A stretch of DNA of 64,000 nucleotides from Octopus sinensis (taxonomy: Eukaryota). The notes beneath the pieces were generated by a model that was not told the DNA's origin, did no database searches, and saw only the letters and a list, made by a program, of their open reading frames with translations. A program made the translations under genes and the position numbers. Each line of letters starts with the position of its first letter. The first letter of the stretch is position 1. The stretch is from NCBI RefSeq assembly GCF_006345805.1, contig NC_042998.1, positions 85,684,001 through 85,748,000 on the forward strand. The letters are read 5' to 3'. Of the stretch, positions 1-11,200 are shown one piece after another.

Positions 1-398
1 TTTATGGAAGGCCAGCTATCTCTAATGTATACCATTCTCCCCTCTCCATGCCACCAATGTTATCCAAAGGAAAAGGAAAGGCTGATACAGCTTGGCACCA
101 ATGATGTTGCAACTCTTTTTTACAGCTGAGTTAAATGGAACTAAATGAAATAAAGTGTCTTGCTCCAAAACACAGCACACACCCCAGCTGGAAATCGAAT
201 TCACTACTTCATAATTGTAAGTCTGCCACTCTAACCACTGAGACATGTGCCTTCATCATCATCATCATCATCATCATCTATATATATATATATATACATT
301 CATAAATGAGGGTGAAAAATTATATATTAATTTCATAATACCATCAGTTTAACACCAAGTGGCCTAGCACATAAAAAACCAGGGAGACAATACAAATT

Positions 399-910
399 TA
401 TACGTAAATATAAGAGAGTTACCATTAAGTGGTTAACTCTAGTGCTAGAAATAGCTCCTTATTCTGGTATAGCCACCGAAGTTGTTTCCACAAAAGAAAT
501 AACATTACCTCCAACGTATGGAAAGCGAAATACAATGAAAAGATAAATTAATGCTGAACAATTGTTTCTTTATCAACATAATATGCAATTATACTCATAT
601 ATTTATCTATAAATCATCAGCAGCATTTGTTTTCAATACAATTTATTAGACCCACACGGGCGATAAATACCCATGTGGTCCAATCGATTGCATACATAAT
701 TGTGATTTAGCTTCCCCGCCAAAAAGCATGGTAAGACTTAGTGGAAACGAGTACAGCACACACTATTTAGTGCAGTATATTAAATTTATCGCTTTCCATA
801 TGCTGGAGGTAATGTTATTTCTTTTGTGGAAACAACTTCGGTGGCTATACCAGAATAAGGAGCTATTTCTAGCACTAGAGTTAACCACTTAACGGTAACT
901 CTCTTATATT

Positions 911-918
<8 letters not shown>
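399..918. mobile_element. Foldback/MITE-like element with ~130-bp terminal inverted repeats (arms 399-528 and 789-918) around a ~260-bp non-coding spacer
   Basis: 421-513 (accattaagtggttaactctagtgctagaaatagctcc...aacattacctcca) is the reverse complement of 804-900 with only a few mismatches. The right end runs into a (TA)n tract. Confidence 0.85.

Positions 919-988
<70 letters not shown>
914..988. repeat. (TA)n microsatellite
   Basis: Pure TA run seen directly. Confidence 0.98.
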
Positions 989-992
<4 letters not shown>

Positions 993-1507
993 AACTGCCT
1001 CCCACTAACACGTACCCTTCACACAAATTGTACCCCAACATAACACACAACCCCTTCACACACACACACACACATTACACACAGCACATTAGCATAACAC
1101 CGCCCCGACTTTATCCTTTACAGAAAGAAAACAGACCAACAAACACAGCTATATATACCTAAGTCCCTGAGAAAAAGAGACATAACTCCTAAATTAATCC
1201 CCAGGCCCCTTTTTCGTTCCACCATCTTTGTCACAGTAACTGCTGACTGGCTGTGCTAATCTACCTCAAACTATAGAGAGCAGTTACCATATTCCCTTCC
1301 ATATCAGTTAATTCTGATGAGCGAAAGGTTATATAATTGGATTGCTACCTAACACTCAATTGTTTTCCTTGTGTAAAACCAGTTACTAAGATCAGCCGAG
1401 ATGGATATATATGGTACCCTTCAGATAAGATACCCACTCTACTCACAGATATATGAGTGCATCTTTTCCCTGACTTATGGTCTCTTAGATGACTCATGTA
1501 TATATAT

Positions 1508-1508
<1 letters not shown>

Positions 1509-1539
<31 letters not shown>

Positions 1540-1898
1540 TCAACGTCTACTTTCCATGCTGGCATGGGTTGGATGGTTTGACTGGGGACCGGCAAGCCAG
1601 GAGGCCGCATCAAGCTCCAGTCTGACCTGGCAATGTTTCTAAAGCTGGATGCCTTTCCTAACACCAACCACTCCAGGAGTGTAGTGGATGCTTTTTACGT
1701 GCCACTGGCATGGGAGTCAGTCAGGTGGCATTGGTATTGGCCATGTTTGGGTGGAACTTTTTACGTACTACTGACACAGAAACCAATCGGGGTGGTGGCA
1801 TCGGCCATGTTCAGATGGTGCTTTTTACATGCCACAGGCATGGGGAGCCAATCAGGTGACACTGACATCAGTCACAACTACAATTTCCATTTGATTGG

Positions 1899-1900
<2 letters not shown>
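1509..1900 (-). mobile_element. 5'-truncated RTE LINE 3' end / RTE-tailed SINE with (GAT)n tail
   Basis: catcatcat...tttccatgctggcatgggttggatgg matches the 3' termini of the longer RTE copies at 30704 and 34608 in this window. Confidence 0.8.
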
Positions 1901-1932
<32 letters not shown>

Positions 1933-2009
1933 GTATGTATATATGTATGTATGTATGTACGCATGTCATCATCGTCATCATCCATCATTTTGAATCTGGG
2001 TTTTGTTCC

Positions 2010-2515
2010 CGTTAACAGGGGTGGCCGGATCTACCCTAATACCATAGCAACTGCCCTCACACCATCTCGCCATCTTGTCCAGTCTTAGACATCCTTCCTT
2101 TTCAAGCCAACCCTCCCAATCTCCTCCTCCACCTATCCCTTCTACATTTTCCTCAGTCTACCTCGATTTTGCTGTTCATTTACCTCAATCTCTAGGACCC
2201 TCTTCAGAACATGCTCCCTATCCCTCATCAACACATGCCCATACTACCGCACTCCTATCACCCTTGCCAGCCATTCCACTGATTCCTCCAGCCCCAGCAT
2301 CCTCAGTCCTCCTCTTATCAAACAGCCTCATGTCACACATCTCTCTCACCATTGGTCTCTCAGCCCTTCTCAAAATTGCCATCTCTCTCTCTCCCCCCTC
2401 TCTCTCTTTCACTCTCTCTCTCAAACACCACATCTCACTCTCATACAGCATTGCAGCTCTCACACAATTTCTATAGACCTTTCCTTTCATCTTCAATGAG
2501 AACCTTTTCCCATAT
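2010..2515 (-). mobile_element. Degraded RTE-clade LINE, RT C-terminal fragment
   Basis: Minus-strand translation KMKGKVYRNCVRAAMLYESEMWCL...AILRRAERPMVREMC is the typical RTE post-RT region. It is interrupted by a (GA)n expansion. Confidence 0.75.
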
Positions 2516-2530
2516 AATATGTATGTATGC

Positions 2531-2571
<41 letters not shown>

Positions 2572-3469
2572 CATGTATGTATGTGTGTGTGTCTGTGTTT
2601 GTGTTGTGTTTGTCCCAACCACTGTTTGACAATTGATGATGGTTAGTTTACATTCTCAGAATTTAACGAATTAGCAAAAGAGACTGATAAAATAGATACC
2701 GGACTTACACTGGGGCTGGTTTGTTTGACTAAACCCTATTAAGGGGTGTCCCAGTATGGCCACTGCATTTTGACTGAAAGAAGTGTAAGGTAAAAGATTA
2801 AATGATTTTGTGAACAGTAATAAATTTTTGTTATGGGTTTCTAATGAGCTAGTTGCTGGTTTACTGCATTTTCTGCTTGATAACAGGCAGAATATGCAGT
2901 TGGAAGAATATATATCTGTACATGTGTGATGTACCTGTACTAAGAATTATTAAATACATAAATGAAGAACAAGAAATTAACAAGCATATCCAAGATATAA
3001 ACTACAAACGTCGTAAACCTATTTATAAATTCCCTGATTTTTAAAACCTTAATTAGACCACAACCTACTAAAATATTGTTGTAATAATACCAGTCCATTA
3101 AGGTTAAGCTTGAACTTGTTGATGACGTTTTCAGAGATGTATATCAATATTTCATTGTATTCACTATATAATGACCTTGTCACTAGTGCTGGTTTTAGAC
3201 CATATAAACTTTTATGACACCATGTTTTAGATGGCCTACTTTGTGTGCTATACTCTGTTCAGAAGTATTTTCATCCACTCTTTAAAAAAAGCATGAGAAA
3301 ATAAGAAATACGTGAGATATATTCTAATTTTCTCTACGTGTTGGTTCCCACCTTTGCATTTTGCATTAAATCAGCTGAGATAAGTTGGACTGGATATATT
3401 TGTCATCAATAGATGTATGTTGTAGAACAAGAAACACTGGGAACATTTTTCAAATTAATTTCATATTCA

Positions 3470-3900
3470 TGTAGATATGGCAGTGTGGTTAATTTTGCCT
3501 CCCAACCACAGAGTTTCAGGCTCAGTCCTATAGTGTGGCACCTTGGACAAGTGTCTTCTACTATAGCCCCAGCATGACCAAAGCTTTTCGAAAGGATTTG
3601 TTGGACAGAAACCAAAAGAAGCTTGTTGCATATTTATATATATGTATTTGTGTATGTGTATGTGTGTGTGTGTGTGTGTGAACATGCGATAGTTGTACAA
3701 GAGTGTCACTGTCATACAAGCAATATCATTCATTTCCAATATTTAGCAAAACCATTTTTGGCAATGGAGAAATATTACCTTGCTTGGAGACAGGTGAGTG
3801 TTGATGACAAGAAGGGCATCTGGCTGTAGAAAATCCACCTCAGTAAAGTCCATTCAACCATGCAAGCATGGAAAATGAATCTTCAAACGATGATGATGAT
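3470..3900 (+). mobile_element. tRNA-derived SINE (degraded) ending in a GAT tail
   Basis: tggcagtgtggtt...tttcaggctcagtcc head followed by ccttggacaagtgtcttctactatagcc body, shared with many copies in the window (e.g. 46897, 49350, 60100). Confidence 0.65.
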
Positions 3901-5766
3901 GAGGGTTTTCTTTCATTACACATGGTTTGTTATTTTTCATTTATTGTGTATATATATTTTACATTGAAAATTACTTGCTTTCTTCATAAGTAAAGTATAT
4001 TAAATTATTGTTCCTTTTTAAGATATAAATGTTACCCTATTACATTTTAGCCCTCAAATGAAGAAACTGGAAAAAACATTTGTGATATAGATTTTTATTA
4101 ATACAGAGAGAAAGCATTTTCTAAAACTTTTACAATAGTCTAGTTGCCATAAATTTACAGAAAAATAAAGAATTTACAAATAATTAGAGAACTGTAGATA
4201 AGTTTGCAGAATTTCTTGTTTAAATCTAGAATTTGTTAGTGCATGACAAAACTGCAAAATAATTTCACTTCTTTGTTTGAGTCTTACAGCTAGTTCCATG
4301 TGCAGAACCCCTCTGGAGAAAGCCTCTATATTTGTTGCCCATTGTGTGCCCAACTTCAAATTGCATTCACTAGATAAGTCTCCTCCTAAACTGTCTCCTC
4401 CACATGACCAGGTTCACTACCATATATGCATACACACCAATTACAGAAGTACTTCCAGTTGCTTAAACCCAACAAGGTCATTGACCCTGGTGTTTTGCTT
4501 TTTATAATCCTCAATGTATCCCTGAGCCAAAACCTTAAACTCAGTAAGCTCTTCTCTCTCTCTCTCTCCTCCCTCCCTCCCTCCCTCATTCTCCTGCAGT
4601 CTTTCTCTCCACCTTCTTTTTCTTTCTCTTCTCTCTCTCTGACCTTAATCAACTGTGGTGTACTCTGGGGTTTGCTTTTGTCTCCTATACTCTTCTTTCT
4701 ATACCTCTATAACCTTCTGGCTGTCACCTCCTATAATACCCACTCCAACACAGATGATACCACTTGTTATTTATATGCAGCCTAGGTACACCATGTTGAA
4801 TCTGCATACTAACACCATGAATGGAGACCTCAAAAACATTGTCCAACAGAGTCACATCAGTCTTGTCTACTTCAACAACAACAAATCAAACTACAATTGC
4901 TGCACATATGAAGAAAATATTATTGTACTACATCCCCCTTGATTATAAGCAGTGTGCAGCTGGCAAACCCATATCTTTAACATTGTGAAGATCTCAAAGA
5001 CTATCCTTGCTCTTCAGAGTCATAAAAGACTTTGTCCACCAACAATTATTGACTCTTTACAAAGCTCAGGTGATTCTGACAATGGAGTATTGCTTCTACG
5101 TCCAGGATGCAGCTGCTGCCACTCACGGACATCCCGACAAAATCTAGAGAAATTCCTCTTAACTGATGGGCAAGAATTCACTCACAAACTCACTCCAACT
5201 ACTTGCACACAGACATGCTATCTCCCCTCTCTCTCTTTCTCTCTCTCTCTCTACTTTTTCTACCTTTACTGCAACGATCCCTGATTTTCAGAACTGGTTG
5301 GTCACCTCCACTCAGGCCCTCTCAATACACTAAACTCTTCTCCTCTCACCACCTATATTATGTCTAACCTCCATGCCCCAAACTATTCACTGTGTCTAAT
5401 CTTTTCTTCCCAGAATGTCTGTCATCTAAAATTTCCACCCTGCAGTCACTAACTTGCAATATCCTATTTTCTGGCATACATGTCCATGCAGTATCTTGTG
5501 TATGCATGTAGTGTATACATTCCAACACTGTCGCCATCTTTCCAAATCTTACTGCATTTCACATGCAGTCTTTAGTCCTTCAAGATTGTCTTGGAGTTCA
5601 CCTTTTTTGGCTATATTGATTACCTTTTTTAACTGTAAATCATGATTGGGAAAGTTCAACTTGTATGCAGGAAAATACGATAATTTAAGTGAAATGTTAA
5701 AGACATCAATCTTACTAAACTTGAAAGACCTAAAGAGGCCATCGACACAGCTTCTCCCTCTTGAAC

Positions 5767-5900
5767 AAACTAAGAAAAACTAATAAAAAACTAACAAAAC
5801 TAATAAAAATTAATAAAGAACTAATAAAACTAATAACAACTAATAAAAAACTAATAAAAACGCTAATAAAAACTAAAAACTAATGAAACTAATAAAACAA
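5767..5900. repeat. A-rich minisatellite, ~10-11 bp unit (AAAACTAATAA)
   Basis: Roughly a dozen degenerate copies of aaactaataa seen directly. Confidence 0.85.
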
Positions 5901-6159
5901 AAAAATTTATTCAAATTTTAGTATTGATAAACAAAAGTTGTAGAGGAAGAATAGATCTACAAAATACATAAAAATACTTTTTTGTTGATTTAAATAATAT
6001 TGGAAAGGATTAAGATAAATGGAAAAAAAGAAAGGAATTTATCTGACAACTCTGTTTTTTTCATATCAAGAGATGTGTGGACTGTTTCTGATCTTTATAT
6101 AAAGCATATAAATTTTCTTAATATTATATTTTAAACAGACTTCTTTGAGCACTACACAA

Positions 6160-6177
6160 AAGAAAGAAAGAAAGAAA

Positions 6178-6221
<44 letters not shown>

Positions 6222-6268
6222 GAAGGAAGGAAGGAAGGAAAGGTAGGAAGAAAGAAAAGAAAGGAAAA

Positions 6269-6323
<55 letters not shown>
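6160..6323. repeat. (GAAA)n/(GGAA)n compound microsatellite
   Basis: Seen directly. Confidence 0.97.
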
Positions 6324-6324
<1 letters not shown>

Positions 6325-7079
6325 ACTAAGTTGAATGGCTTTTCTTAATTTTCTTTGCAAGTGAATTCTCACCTTTATGCCTTGTTTTCAATCAACTGAG
6401 ATGAGTTGTATTTGTTAACAATAATAATTCTTTGCCGTAGAACACAAGAAAGAAAATGTAAAAAATATTTCAAGCACTGAAGAATTGGCTTGCAGCTGAA
6501 AGCAGATTAGGTTCATTTAGCCATCAAACTTCAACACTCTCGTTCACATCATCTTCATGATCATCATCATCATTATTTTATGTCTGATATTCCATGTTTC
6601 CATGGGTTATATAAATCTTTTCCATCATGGCTTACCAATTGATACCATGTTTTGTCATTTCCTTCACAAGATGCAACCTCCTCATAAGGCGGTGAGCAGG
6701 CAGAAACGTTAGCATGCCAGGCAAAATGATTAGCGGTATTTCGTCTGTCTTTATATTCTGAATTCAAATTCTGCTGAAGTTGACTTTGCCTTTTATCCTT
6801 TCAAGGTCAATAAATTAAGTACCAGTTGTGCACTGGGGTTGATCTAATTGACTGGCCTCCTTCTCCAAAATTTCAGGCCTTGTGCCTAGAGTAGAAAAGA
6901 AATAATTCAACCTCCTTGCACACATGCACATTGGCAACATTCATCAATCTCTTGAAAATGGAGTCATAACCCCGAAATATTGAATACAAGGTAAGTCTAT
7001 ATCAATTCACATATTTGTCTTCTTGTAATTTACCTTGCATTTACTTCACATTGTTTTGGCTTTATCCATGATCTTTTAT

Positions 7080-7110
<31 letters not shown>

Positions 7111-7139
7111 TGATAGATAGATATAGATATATATATACA

Positions 7140-7171
<32 letters not shown>

Positions 7172-9108
7172 TTATCATCATCATCATCATTTAACATCTG
7201 TTTTCCATGCTGGCATGGGTTGGACGGTTTAACTGAAAACTGTCTGGGGAACTGCACCAGGTTCCAATCTGATTTGGCATGGTTTCTACGGCTGGATGTC
7301 CTTCTTAATGCCAACCACTCAAAAAGTGTAGTGAGTGCTTTTTATGTGTCACTGGTATGGGTGCCAGTTATATAACACCAGCATCACCCATGAGTATGAT
7401 CTCACTTGGTTTGACATGTCTTCTCAAGTATGGTATATCACCAAAGGTCTTGGTTATCTGTCACTACCTCCATGAAGTCCATTGTTCAAACAATGCTTTT
7501 TATGTGTGCCACTAGCTTGGGTGCTAGTTATGCAACACTGGCATCAGCCATGACTATGATATTTATTATATATATACTCTTTACTCTTTTACTTGTTTCA
7601 GTTATTTGACTGTGGCCATGCTGGAGCACCACCTTTAGTCGAGCAAATCAACTCCAGGACTTATTCTTTGTAAGCCTAGTACTTACCCTATCAGTCTCTT
7701 TTGCCAAACCGCTAAGTTACGGGGACATAAACACACCACTATCAGTTGTCAAACGACGTTGGGGGACAAACACAAACACATACATATATGGTGATGATAT
7801 GACGGGCTTCTTTCAGTTTCCGTCTACTAAATCCACTCACAAGGCTTTGGTCGGCCCGAGGCTATAGTAGAAGACACTTACCCAAGGTGTCATGCAGTGG
7901 GAATGAACCAAGAACCATGTGGTTGGTAAGCAAGCTACTTAGCACACAGCCACACACACATATATATATATATACCTGACACCACATGACAGTTGTAGAT
8001 AAGTATCATCACTATGCAAGTGGTGTCTTTCATTTCCAATTTTCCATGAAAACATGTCAGGCCATGGGAAAATATCACTTTACTTGAAACAGGTGAGGGT
8101 TGGTCACAATATGAACATCCAACTGCAGAAAATTGGCCTCAACAAATTCTGTCCAACCCATGTGAGCATGGAAAAGTGGACATTTAAATGATGATGATCA
8201 CCCAATGAAGCATGTTTACCACTTTTTTTACCAGTTTCCCCACATCTTTTGCATTCATTTCACATTTTTCACTCCCAGGTATAATATTGCACTTTATACA
8301 CAATCAACATAGAATCTGCCCTTCACTCCAATAGATAACACCTTTATTCTCAGCAGAGCTAATAACTCACCATACTTTTTCTATTTCATTCTTACTGTGG
8401 CTACTATACTTTTGAAATACATGCCTTCACTGCTAATTTAGTCACCTAGGTAACAGAATCTATCAGATATTTCTAGAAAGCCTTCAATTATTGAAAAGAA
8501 CTTATTTCATCGATATGCTTACTGCTGACTACTCCACTTTAGTAGCATTATTGCTCACCCCCGGGAAAATCAATGCACTGGCCTCTCTAATATTTATCTA
8601 TTGATAACTAGCCATAGCATACACGGATCAGAATTGGCCCCTAGGCTTGTAAGGCACCCAGTCAACTGACCACTGTGCCCATGCTTAAGACAGTACTGGC
8701 TGCACATCTATTATACATGAAGTCTGTATTCTTCTGTCAGCCTGTTTTTATTCCTACAACATTTTTAGTTCATATAAGGTAAACATATGTATATTTACTT
8801 CTTTTCTGCATAAGAAGTATGTCTACTTCCCAAGGTGCAATAGAGACATATTTTCATTCATGAGTGGTAGGCAGCACTTCTTTCTCCACCCACATCTTTT
8901 CAAGTGGTGTTTGAAGAGTTTGGCATGAGAGGAAAATTCTGAACAACAATCACAACAGCAATAATGATTTCTTTTATATATTTTCTTTGTTAACTATTAT
9001 AATAATCCTTTCTACTATAGGCACAAGGCCCGAAATTGGGGGAGGGAGATAGTCAATTACTTCGACCCCAGTGTTCAACTGGTACTTATTTTGTCGTCCC
9101 CAAAAGAA

Positions 9109-9258
9109 TAAAGTTGACCTTGGAAAGGTAAATTTGACCCCGAAAGGTAAAGTTGACCCTTTGAAAGGTAAAGTCGACCCTGAAAGGTAAAGTCGACCCT
9201 GAAAGATAAAGTCAACCCTGAAAGGTAAAGTTGACCCTGAAAGGTAAAGTCAACCTTG
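9109..9258. repeat. 19-bp minisatellite (GAAAGGTAAAGTCGACCCT, ~7-8 copies) inside a SINE
   Basis: Head-to-tail copies with no spacers. Flanks (ggtacttattt...; ggaatttgaactcagaac) match single-copy SINE bodies at 9440-9490 and 28540-28600. Confidence 0.9.
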
Positions 9259-9550
9259 GTGGAATTTGAACTCAGAACATAGCGACAGGTAAAATACTAC
9301 CAATCATTTCATCTACTGCGCTAATGATTCCCCCCTGCTTGTTAATAATAATAATCATGGTTTCAAATTTTGGTACAAGGCCAGCAATTTTAGGGCAGAG
9401 GATAAGTTAACCCCTAGTCCTCAACTAGTGCTTATTTTATCAACCCTGAAAGGATGAAAGGTAAAGATGACCTCAGCAGAATTTTAACTCAAACATAAAG
9501 TTGAATGAAATGCATTTTGCTCACCACTGCCATAATATTAATAATAATAA

Positions 9551-11137
9551 CGGAAAAATTACAGAAACATCTAACACTAACCTTGATCAGCAGAATGTCA
9601 TAAAAGTGCTACAAATACCAGCGGAGAAGGGGATGGAATCAGGCATTCAGTGATGAGGGAAAGGATCAGAAGAGAATGTTATTGCAAAGTGAGAGCAATA
9701 CTTAAGACAGAGCTGAATGCAAGAGACAGGATCAAAGTGATCAATGCTTTAGCCATACCAGTCGTGACTTACAGTTTCAATATCATTAACTGGTAAATTA
9801 CTGAAATATGTAATCTTTACAGAATAATACAAGAACTGTTGACAATGCATAGAATGCACCACCCTAAGGCAGATATAGAATGACTTTATCTGCCAAGAAA
9901 AGAGGGAGGCCAAGGACTTTTACAACTGGCAATAACAATGAAGATTGCCACAGATGGCCTAGACACCTACCTGAAAAACTCTGAGGACTGGATGTTAAAA
10001 CTTGTCTCAAAACATTAAAACAAGAAAGCATCATACTCAGTAACAAAACAGGCAAAGGAATATCTAAGTGAATTCCAAATACAACAATCTCAGAATTAGA
10101 CTACTGGAAACAAGCACAGAAAAAGCTAAGTGCATGAAAACCTGTGCTAAAATTGCTGCCTTAGATATGCTGACTGATAAATGGCAAGAAAAATCTCTCA
10201 ATGGCAAATACCCAAAGAGAGAAAATAATGTCAATGTCGACAAAACCCTTACCCATCAATGGCTAAAGGCTTCTGGCTTAAAATCTGAAACAGAAGGATT
10301 TATCATAGCAGCTCAAGATCGATGCCTACCTACAAGGAACTACCAGGTCAACATATTAAAGAACGGCAGCTCCCCAATCTGTCATGTGTGTCAACAACAA
10401 AATGGAACTATTGATCATGTTGCCTCCGTGTGCAGTCTCCTTGCACCTACAGAGTATCTCAACAGGCATGATAGAGCTGCACAATATATTCACTGGGTAA
10501 TTTACAAAAACCTAGACTTTCCCCATGATAAAAACCGGTGGGAACACAAACCACCTCCAGTGCTTGAAAATGACCACATTCACTCCTCTGGAACTTCACC
10601 ATTCAAATTGACAGAAAGATAGATGCAAATAGGCCAGACATCGTATTGAAAGACTTCAGACAAAAATCATGCCTTCTCATTGATATGACTGTCGCAATCA
10701 ATATAAATGTATCTGTCAAGACCTACCAAAAACTGAACAAGTATAAAGATCTTGAAATAGAAATTAGCAAAATGTGGAACCTGAAGACTAAAACAATACC
10801 TGTTGTCATAGGTGCCCTGGGAATGATAGCAAAAGGGGCTCATTGCTACTGAGGTCAGATACCAGGAAACCGCAAAATGGTAGAAATTTAAAAGATAGTG
10901 TTCATGGGAACTACCCATATCCTACGCAAATACTTTCTATGCAATCTCAAATTTTAAAACAAACACATAATTTTCTTACGGTTTCTTAAACATCCTCTTC
11001 AACAACACTACGTACAAAACCAAATATATGGCACCCTAGGCATAACACCAACATAAACTTCTAACTTGTGTCTCTTGAGGTCTCTGGCTAAGACTTGAAG
11101 CCAACTTGTAAAAATGTAAAGCAAAAGTCAAACATAA

Positions 11138-11200
<63 letters not shown>
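9551..11200 (+). mobile_element. Dong/R4-clade non-LTR retrotransposon, copy A (5'-truncated, frameshifted, with 3' UTR and (TAA)n tail 11138-11200)
   Basis: HQWLKASGLKSETEGFIIAAQDR, CCHC finger CHVCQ...TIDHVASVC, RHD, and REL endonuclease ANRPDIVLKD/LIDMTV/KYKDL motifs. Preceded and followed by TAA repeats. Confidence 0.92.

Noticed and set aside
1300-1350. CTGATGA-GC-GAAA hammerhead-like string
   Set aside because: No helix II stem, no paired helix III/NUH and only weak helix I pairing.
3090-3240. Copia-like RT motif KSLYGLK on the minus strand
   Set aside because: Only a short match, no flanking RT motifs or LTRs, and an upstream in-frame stop.
4680-5600. Host-gene ORFs 4655-4942 and 4952-5284
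   Set aside because: No splice structure or recognisable family; more likely a decayed retroelement, too degraded to classify.
9109-9258. CRISPR-like repeat array
   Set aside because: Units are directly tandem with no unique spacers, and the context is eukaryotic SINE sequence.
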